From the NCBI RefSeq assembly GCF_004010195.1, contig NC_057718.1, forward strand, positions 57,859,375 through 57,923,374: 64,000 nucleotides of DNA. Direction: 5' to 3'. How positions within the stretch are numbered: the first letter of the stretch is position 1; each line of letters opens with the position of its first letter. This document shows positions 11,361-20,447 of this stretch, piece after piece. The notes beneath the pieces were generated by a model. It saw nothing but the letters and a program-made list of their open reading frames with translations. It searched no databases and was not told where the DNA came from. This DNA comes from Chiloscyllium plagiosum (Eukaryota). Made by a program: the position numbers and the translations under genes.

Positions 11361-14117
11361 ATACAAGATACAAGTCAGGAGTATGATCGAATAATTCCCC
11401 ACTTGCCTGGATGAGTGCAGTTTCAACAACACTGGAAGTTCAACACTATCAAGGACAAAGCAGCCTGTTCAGTTGGCATGCTGTCCACCCCCTTACATTA
11501 TTGCTCCTTCTATCTATGGTGCAAAAAGATGGTATAATAACTGCAAGATTCACTGCAAGAACTTGCCAAGATTGCTTTGACAATATTTCTCTAAACCACC
11601 ATTTGTGCCACCCAGAAAGACAAGTAGAGCAGACACATGGAGCACTAAAACATGTAAGTTTCTGTCCAAGTCCCACATGATCTTGATCTCGAAGTGTGTA
11701 GGCATTCATTCAGTGTCACTGGCTTAAAGCAGGCAGTGCCCTGTGTGGCTGTTGGCTTGGGCACTTAAGTATTTAAATATTCAATGAATTAAGGCTTCAG
11801 GCCAGAACTCTGGCTGTGACAGTCAGTGAATGTATTTTTTCCCAGCTGTTTGGACCTTGCTTGCATCAACGGGCGAGAACACAGCACGGAGGCCGTGGAG
11901 AAATGAAAGGACAGGCTGGAAAACCTTTGAAGCCTGAAACTAAATCGCTTCTTGCCAGCTCAGCAGAAAGGCTTGTGCTCACAAGTCCTATTCTTAGAGG
12001 CAAACCTCATTGTTTCATTGGGAATTTCCAAGATTTTGAAAATCACTTTCTTTAATTCAGTTGTGAGCATGTCCTTTAAGATTCTGGAGGGAGTGTTGCC
12101 TTCCTCGTTGTTTATTGGAACTGAACAGACAGTTTGCTTTTGTGTTTGGTGAGTTCTATCCTTATTTAGTAAAATACAGACAGTACATTTCTAAGCCTAG
12201 CTTTTCCCTCATTTCTGCACCACCAGCAATGAGTTCTTAAGGTGCCTCCAGAGGTGATACCAAATACTTTCCTTAAAATCTTTGACTGTGAGATTAGTGT
12301 ACTCTAAGATAGTCCATTTTTTCCTGCTGCTCCAAATTCTATTCTTTTGTAATGCCATCCAGAGGCACTGGGTTAGCTTAACGTGCTTGCTGAGAAGACC
12401 ACTTTATCTGTCCATCACTGCTCTTGACACCTTCCTCTGAGCATTTCAATGTCAGCCCACATTAATGTTGACCCAGACCGTGGGTCCAGGACCTTCCTTA
12501 GCATCTTCACTGCTGAAATGCACATCCATGTATTAGTCACTTATAGAGTCAATTATTCCAATGCTGTTTTTGCTGGGCTCCCATTCTTCATATTCTGCAC
12601 TGATAAAAACCTCAGCAACCCATATCCTGTCTTACATTATTTCTTGCTCACCTACTGTCCACTTCACACTGATCCACATCATCTCCTTTGATATATCTAT
12701 CAGTTTCTCAGGCCACTTTTAAAAGCCCTAAAATTCATTTATTCAACCATCCATATTCCCTCTTAACCCCTCCATATGGTTGGATGTCCAAATTCTTACC
12801 TATTTCAATTTGTGAGCTGTGAGGGTTGGGCAGTTTTAATGTTAAAGCTGCTCTGTATGTATTGAATATGTGTGTACATCCCAAATTGTACATCATTACT
12901 CCTTGCACATCCTGGCACACCGACTCTGGTAACAGCCAGAAAGTCTGAACTTCTGACAGGCAATCCCCTGGCTCCCTAGCACCAGTCTGCCCTGCCTCAC
13001 CCATATGCACCCATCGCTGAATGAACTTACCAGAATACAGCAGCTAATGCCTTAATGAAATAAAGCATGGCTTGGCTTCCCCCAGTAAGCCAGTGCTACA
13101 AAGAAGTGGTTCGATTTAGGGAACACCCTGCAATTCTAAAGAACTGATCGTGGAAGAACTGGCAAGGAACTCAGTTGAGGCACGGATTGCACCTCCTCAA
13201 AAGATTTGGGCCATTATTTTTATATGAGAAGAAGTTGTTAGAAAATTAAAATTATTAGAATGCATTGACTGTGTCCATGTGCACAGAACAGTTAAGCTGC
13301 ATTAGTTACTGGCAATAAAAACAAGTTTAATCCGAAGCATCAGCATGAATTTGTGGTTTAAAGTAAATTCTAACATACCTATGCAGCAGCAGTGCACACG
13401 ATCACTCTGATGCTGATTTTTTTTTTCAATTAATACTCTGAATCTAAACAACAGCATCTAATAACAATCGTACTGATTGGCTGTGATCTGAATATGATCC
13501 AGTACTTTAGAGGCCATCGATATAAGATAATAATGAAGAACCTAGTCGTGAATACAGAAGAAACTTCAAGCTTAAAGAATGGTAAAAATATAGATGTTAC
13601 TATAAAAGGAAGTGGTTGAAACGCGTTGACAGGAATAGACTAGAATAGAAACAAAGTGAAATAGAGAGTTACAATGATACATTTAAACAAGAAATAGTAG
13701 GATAAGGCTCAAGTGAAGCAAAGACACTGGCACGGACTAGTTGTCCCGAATGGAATGTTTCTGTGTTGTTTATCCTGTGTTCCTACGTAGCCACCCTTCT
13801 TAGACTCACCATTATTTTTTATTCTCTTCCAGCTCTGTTGCTTTTTTTTCAGCTTGCCGATGTCTCTGTTGGAGTGGTGGCTGGTCCAGGGCATCTTCTC
13901 AACAGTTCTTCACATCTAAGGCTTTCTTGTCAGGTTTGAGGTCTGTTGTGAGTGCCTCTGCTGAAATACTGGCTACTGTATGGTTGTTTCCGCAGTAAGT
14001 GTTACAGAGCACAGAGTACAAACAAGGGAGATAGCATTGAATGCCAAACACCTGACCTGATTTAGTACGCTGCTCTTTAGGCCTGGCCAATGGACAGAGT
14101 ACCAAAAAGTTCAGGAA

Positions 14118-14950
14118 ATGGGGAGCATTGCGAAAAGTTTTAAACATTAATGTTTTCTCTATAGCAATTCTCAGTTTCACAGCTGCCAGTTTCCTTCCCC
14201 ATGATTTTATGGGTGTTTGAACGTAGGCAGAACAAATAGTGTAGCTGCAGCAGCCTGAAGCCAGTTCATCTGATGCTTGAGCTTACAAAGATCATGTCAT
14301 TATTGGAGAAAGTAAATGCCATGCTGTCCTCTCGCCCTTGCCTACCTCATGGGAGCCACTTACATAAAGCACTGTGAGACAGCAAACACAACGGTGGAAA
14401 AAGTTAGGATGATAATGAGATATTGAAATGCAGTGAATGTTTTTGATCCAGATAATTTATGCATAGAATATGTTCAATGGGCAGGCAATGTGAACACCAG
14501 AGGAAGAGGGTGATGACTTGCAGTTAGGTTTCTGTAAAATGGGTCATGCATTTAAGAGATCTTATCAATGAATGTTAGCTCGAATTCTCATAAATGCTTT
14601 ACATTAGATAGCTGAGCAGAAGGATTTGAAAGATTGTAAACAGTCAGGAGATTAACTCCACAATGAGTGCTAGATTTATTGCCCAGTAGTGAAGCAACAG
14701 CATTTGCTGAAGACCTGCTAACTCGCTAATATTAAACCAGATTCATGGTGTCTCTTTCACCTTTCCCAACAATAGTTCAATTCTCATGCCATCTTTAGGA
14801 GCTTGTTGGCATACAGCAACAATGATGTCATTAAGCAGGACAAGCATCTAATCACTTCAAAGAATTCCCACAGGCAGCAATCCAGGAAGTAACAAAGTGA
14901 CATTTTCAGTGAACTCTCGGTATCATTTTACAGAAAGCATAATAAAGATT
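14118..14950 (+). pseudogene. GREB1/GREB1L-family intronless pseudogene, segment 1 (N-terminal region)
   Basis: aaATGg start reading MGSIAKSFKH (GREB1 MGNSYAGQLK). TPEEEGDDLQLGF at 14494-14532 (GREB1 LPDDNGHNALLGF), EQKDLK at 14614 (KQKHLK) and HLLKTC at 14701 (NLLKIC) share one frame. ILNQIHG...LMPSLGACWH at 14729-14812 (IFKGHG...VVSPLLYTCYQ). Many stops and frameshifts. Comparison from memory. Confidence 0.72.
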
Positions 14951-15410
14951 AAGACTTACACATGGGATGAAAGGAAAGCTGAAATGCCACCAAAATATTC
15001 TTTTAAAAACACCTTAATTTTTAAACAATTTTTTTTATTACCAAAAGAAAATACTAGTTATTCCAAAATTTAAAATTAGTTTTTCAGGGTGAAAGAGGTT
15101 GTAGTCATGATTTAGTATGCTGCTAAAAACCCAGTTACGTCTCACTTTTCAACTCATCGCATTTTAAATCTTTTTTTCACAGCAAGAATATTAGTACAAA
15201 GTGTGACTGTTCAGGTCAATCAGTCTGTGAGTTCCATCTGTGAGGAGTTAATAATACACCCTGCGGAGGAACAGGGAATAAGTGGCATTAAGTTCTAGAT
15301 TTCTTATCTTTACTGCGCTTATGCTGGAAGTTGTTGTTAGTTTCACTGAGCAATGATGGCAAATACTGTCAATTTTGCCATCGTTACAACAACAAAATGC
15401 AGGCCAATGT
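14950..15410. mobile_element. AT-rich insertion, probable non-autonomous DNA transposon (MITE-like) fragment
   Basis: Interrupts GREB1-like collinearity; contains the hairpin gatggcaaat-actgtca-attttgccatc near its right end, which finishes aaaatgcaggcc. Confidence 0.4.
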
Positions 15411-15890
15411 CATAGAGTCATAGAGATGTACAGCACGGAAACAGACCCTTCGGTCCAACTCATTCATGCCGACCAGATATCCTAAATTAATCTCGTCCTA
15501 TTTGCCAGCACTTGGCCCATATCCCTGTGAACCCTCCCTATTCATATACCATCCAGATGCCTTTTAAACATTGTCATTGTACCAGCCTCCACCACCTTCT
15601 CTGGCAGTAAATTCCATGCATGCACTACCCTCTGTGTGAAAAGGTTGCCCCTCAGGTCCCTTTTAAATCTTTCCTCTCTCACCCTAAATCTATGCTCTCC
15701 AGTTCTGGACTCCTCCACCCCAGGAAATGACCTTGTCTATTTATCCTATCCATGCCCCTCATGATTTTATAAACCTCTATGAGGTCACCCCTCAGCTTCA
15801 GGGAAAACAGCCCCAGCCTATTCAGCCTCTCCCTGTAGCTCAAACCCTCCAATCCTCCCAACATCCTTATAAATCTTTTCTGAACTCTTT
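15410..15890 (-). mobile_element. CR1 LINE 3' fragment inserted in the GREB1-like relic
   Basis: ORF 15679-15930(-) RVQKRFIRML...LRGDLIEVYKIMRGMDR; catagagtcatagag tail. Confidence 0.93.
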
Positions 15891-16320
15891 GGTTCCTCTT
15901 TATCAGCATTGTCATCTGTTGAGCTGTCATGTTCCTCTGCTCTATTACCTCTACCCTTTTAAAAGATCAGAGAGGATATAACAGGCTTCTTTGATCCTGA
16001 AGATCTTTCCCAGATTGTATTGCAGGGCTGCCCTGAACAACAGGACTGATGCATCAATATGTCATTCTCAATATTGAGAATGAGAATCATTACCCTCTGC
16101 TCCACAGTAATAGATAGTGAATGCTGAAATGTCAGCAGCCATGGCAACAATGGTGGAATGTTGGATGGACAAAAGTTAGGTAGAACTTGGCATCATCTAC
16201 ATTTTGTACTGGTGATCACAAATTAAGTGAAACCCCTTACAATTTATCTGTGGGGATTTCTATCTGTTGGAGATCTCAGAATCACTGAGGCAGCTTGAGT
16301 TTGCCAGTAAGAAAAGAGTG
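15890..16320 (+). pseudogene. GREB1-family pseudogene, segment 2
   Basis: EDLSQIVLQ at 15999-16025 (GREB1 EDLEQIFLR); LDGQKLGRTWHHLHFVLVIT at ~16161-16220 (LVEGKLAKTNYVVIIC); SVGDLRITE (VTGKYQARILSE). Confidence 0.78.
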
Positions 16321-16321
16321 A

Positions 16322-16475
16322 AAAGGCAAAATATGATGGATGTTGGAAATCTGAAATCAAAGCAGACAGTGTTGGAAATGATCAACAGGTCAGACAGCAT
16401 CACTGGAGAGAAAGAAGAACGAGTTACTCCTTTTAGGTTATCAAAATGCTTACTGCTCCCTGGTATCTTTTGAAA
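16322..16475. mobile_element. Short pLTR/SINE-like repeat inserted in the GREB1-like relic
   Basis: ggatgttggaaatctgaaatcaaagcagacagtgttggaaa...caggtcagacagcatc; similar to 57330-57440. Confidence 0.65.
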
Positions 16476-16479
16476 ATTT

Positions 16480-17764
16480 TGTTAAACTGGTCATCAGGGA
16501 CTGGAGACATTTGCAGTTGTTGATCCTTAGCAAGAACGTATTCAGCATTACAAGCTGATAGTGGAGGCTAATGTGTTATGTCTTAGCTCAGCAAGAAACA
16601 GGAGAGTGTTTAAAAATGACAGATGATATGATGCTAGGCATTACTCCCCTGAGTTCCAGCCAGTCCTCAAGCAGTAACGTATTCAACGTAAAGAAAACCC
16701 ACATTTAAAAGCAAAAGAAATTGGCTAAATTCTGCCTCCCAGCATTCCACAGGACAAAGAAAGCCTGACATACACTCACGAGGTGACCTTTTCAATAAAC
16801 TAGTTGAGGCAGCTGACAAAGCTATCAAACCACAATAACCAAACTGCAATGCTGGAAATATATGTACATGTTTGCAGCTACTGTATATGAATATGCCCCA
16901 CATTCACTGCAAATGCTAATCCCAGAGGACTCTTTTGTTTCAAGTGAAACTGACCTGATATAACCAGGAGCTTCCCCATTGAAATTGCCATTGATAAAAA
17001 CACAGAATTGGTGAGGAGTTCTCACAACAATCTTTGCCACAGGTGTGAATTTTGTTTTTTTCAGTAGTAGGGTAGTTTGTAGCTGCTGAAGTGAACAGAG
17101 TAAAAGCAGCAGCAGCACTGCACAGTGAGAACTTTCTCAGAGTGGGTTTTGAGAGTAAAGAACTGAGTGAACCTCTGACAAGGAGTTGTGAGTTACTATT
17201 CATATATTCATTGATACAAGTGGATTTAACATGAACCGGGCATGGCTTACAGATGTGTGTAAATTTAGCATATTTATGATAAGCTGTTAAAAGAAAAGAG
17301 TGATCTTTGGCTATTTCCATCCTGATAGGTTCAGGCCAGACTTTAGAGATAATGGTATAAGAGGGAAGGTGTCAGCCACAAGGCTCCACCCCACTCCATC
17401 CATTGACATAGGCAATGCCAAACACCACCCTCTCCAAGCCGTCCAATGACTACAAGTCGAAAGCTGATTATTATTTGGCTGGCTGTGAGTGAGCTGCGAA
17501 GATGTAAAAATTAGCATATAACTATGAGTAATAATTGATGAAGGAGAATCCTAAAAGGCACTATATACTGCAGCTTGTTCTGCCACCCTGCCAGCAAACA
17601 GAAACATCGTAAGGAGCAATGCTCTGCAGCTACTTCCAAATCATACCTCCATTACAAAATGTCAATTCATTACCCAGTCTGCAGATTCGGGTCTTAAAGA
17701 AACAAAACAATTCTCCAGTTTTCACACCTTCCTATTTTAATGGGTCAGTTTGTCCATGATATTT
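16480..17764 (+). pseudogene. GREB1-family pseudogene, segment 3 (permuted SF2-helicase-like region)
   Basis: MLEIYVHVCSY at 16849 (TLFVLIHDHAHW); YAPHSLQ at 16892 (SFPYALQ); KAAAAL at 17103 (YAAAL); TGHGLQMCVNL at 17235-17267 (CGHGLMVLLRV); GES*KALY at ~17543 (GESLPRSLRY); HLPILMGQFVHDI at 17725-17763 (QPPIVFLPKLVYDM). Confidence 0.8.
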
Positions 17765-19720
17765 AAGAAAGAGAACAAAGAAAGTACAGGAACAGGGGCC
17801 CTTCAGTGCAAGGAAATATGCCTTTCAAACTAAAACCTTTGTCACTCCGTGATCTGATTCCTCTGTCCCCTGCCTATTTATCTATCTGTCAAGATGCCTC
17901 TTCAATGTTGCTCTTGTATCTGCTTCTGACAGTGCATTCCAAGCACTTAGCACCCTCTGTGTAAAAAAACTTGTCTCTCACATCTCCTTTAAAGATACCT
18001 CCTTCCACCTTAACCTCTGTCTCTTAGACATTTCTACTTGAGGTAAAAAATACCAAACATCCATTCTATCCATGCCTCTCACAATTTTGTAAATCTCTAT
18101 CAGGTCACCCCCAGTCTGCAAAGTTTAATTGAAATAAAAAAGCCTTTCTTCAATCTCTCCTCATTGTAAATAGCGTCCAAATCAGGCATCATCCTGGTGA
18201 ACCCATACTATAAACTTTCCAAAGCCTCTTTGTCCTTCTATTAATATGGCAACCAGAACTGTACGCAATATTCCAAATCTTATTCCTAACTATAGTTCTA
18301 TACAGCTGCGACATGACTTGCCATTCTTAATGCTCTATGCTCTGACCAATGAGGGCAAAGATGCCATATGCCTTCTTGACCGCCTTATCCAATCATGTTG
18401 CCATTTTCAGCATCTGTGAACCTGTATGTCTGGATCTCTCTATATGTTAATGCTACTAAGGGTTGTGCTATTTACTGTATACTTCCCTTGCATTCGACCT
18501 TTCAAAATGCATCACCTTGCATTTGTTTGGGTTAAATTCCACTTGCCATTTCTCCACCAAGTCTCCAGCCTTTCTATATCTTTCTGTATCCTCTGGTAAT
18601 CCTCCTCACTATCTGCAGGTTCCCTAAGCTTTTTGTCAAACCTACTAATCAGACCATCCTATGTTCTCTTTCAAATCATTGATATATGTTACAAACAACG
18701 ATGGAACACTATTGGTCACAGATCTCCAGCCAAAAAAAAATCATTCCACTGCCACTTCCTATCTTCTATGACAAGCCAGTTCTGTCCACCTTACCAGCTC
18801 ACTGTGGGTTCCATTTGACTTCAACTTCTGTAACAGTCTGCCTTGCTAAAATCCATGTAGACACCATCCACCACTCTATCTTTATCAATCATCTTTGTCA
18901 TTTCCTCGAAAAACTCAATCAAATTTGTGAGACATGACCTCCCCTGCACTAAGCCATGCTGCCTTCGCTCATGAGTCCATATTTTTCCAAATGTGAATAA
19001 ATCCTATCTCTAAGAATCTTCTCCAATAATTTCCCTACCACTAACATAATGTTCACTGACCTGTAATTTCTTGGATTATACCTGTTGACTTTCTTCAACA
19101 AAGGAACAACATTGGCTATTCTCTAATCCTGTGGGACCTCATCTGTGATGAAACAGGATACAAATATTTCATACAATGTTCCAGAAATTTCCTCCTTCAT
19201 CTCCCTCAGCATTCTGGGATATATCCCATCAGATCCTGGAGACCTGTCCACCTTAATGCTTTTCAAAACTCCCGACACCTCCTCATTTTTCATGTTGACA
19301 TGCCCCAACATATCAATGTATCCCTCCCAAAACTCACATCCACCATATTCTTCTCCTTTTTGGATGTCAATGCAAAGTGTTCAATAAGGATCTCATCCAC
19401 ATCCTTTGATTTGACAAGTAAATTTCCTCCTTTGTTCTTGAGTGTACCTTTCTCTACCTACCCTCTTGCTTTTTATATATACACAAAACAGTTTGGGACT
19501 TTCCTTAATCTTGTTTGCTAAGTTCTCTTTTAGCCCTCCAATCTCCTTATTTCATTTCTTTCCTGCTTTCTTTATATTCCTCAAAGACTTCAGTTTCCTA
19601 AACTTTCTGTATGCCTCCATATTCTTTCTGACTAAGCTCACAATTTTTCTTGTCATGCAAGGTTCTTTTATCTTCCCATCTTCATCCTTCACTTTCACAA
19701 GTACATGTTGGTACTAAACT
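17765..19720 (-). mobile_element. CR1 LINE ORF2 (RT) fragment, decayed, inserted in the GREB1-like relic
   Basis: ORF 19123-19311(-) IKVDRSPGSDGIYPRMLRE; reverse-complement CR1 RT and 3' tail at the left end. Confidence 0.9.
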
Positions 19721-19722
19721 CT

Positions 19723-20200
19723 AGGCGAAAGGGAGGACTGCAGATGCTGGAGATCAGAGTCAAAAAGTGTGGTGCTGGAAAAGCACAGCTGTTCAGGCAG
19801 CATCTGAGGAGCAGGAGAGTTGCTGTTTTGAGCATAAGCTCGTCATCAGGAATGTGGGGCTGGGGATGGTGGCTGGGAATGCAATATGTAGATGAAGATA
19901 GGGGGCGATGGTGATAGGTCGAAGGGGAGGGTGGAGCAGATAGGTGGGAATGAAGATGGACAGGTAGGACAGTTCAAGAAGGCAGTGTGGAGTTGGAGGG
20001 TTGTATCTGGGATAAGGTGGGGGGAGGGGAGATGAGGAAACTGGTGAAATCGACATTGATCCCCTGTGGTTGGAGGGTCCCAAGGTGGAAGATGAGGTCT
20101 TCTTCCCCTAGTTGTCGCCTGGCTAGAATTTGGTGGTGGAGGAGGCCCGCGACTTGCATGTTCTTGACTGAGTGGGAGGGGGAGTTGAAGTGGTCCAACT
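19723..20200 (-). mobile_element. Penelope-like element 3' fragment
   Basis: HFNSPSHS...LIFHLGTLQPQGINVDF (GIY-YIG C-terminal part); paralogous to 10610-11160. Confidence 0.85.
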
Positions 20201-20229
20201 TCCTCTCTTCAACATGCAGACTTCTCCAA

Positions 20230-20447
20230 GTAATGAAGAAGAAAGGCCCTAAGACGGAGGAGCAGAAGTGGACCATTCAGCCCGCTGTTTCTTCTCCGCC
20301 ATTTATTGAGATTATAGCTGATAATCCTCAACTCCAATTTTCTGCCTTTTCACCCAGAAGTCTCATTTCCTTATTGATTTAAAATCTCTTTATCTCAACC
20401 TTGAGAAATACTTAGCAACCAACCGTCTATTGCCTCTGTGGTAAAAC
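20230..20447 (-). mobile_element. CR1-type 3' tail fragment
   Basis: ggagcagaagtggaccattcagccc...atctcaaccttga, the reverse complement of the tail type at 39850-40030. Confidence 0.6.

Noticed and set aside
11816..12060. Possible exon after the acceptor-like ttttttcccag (~11845), within a 79-aa ORF
   Set aside because: No recognisable protein similarity and no clear donor site; cannot be supported.
17305..17345. YFHPDRF peptide resembling the cytochrome P450 PERF motif
   Set aside because: No ExxR or heme-binding FxxGxRxC motif in a plausible position; another frame of the same DNA fits the GREB1-like alignment.
16667..17517. Minus-strand ORFs of 68-126 aa, first considered as an endogenous viral element
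   Set aside because: No recognisable viral motif; they are antisense shadows of the + strand GREB1-like relic.
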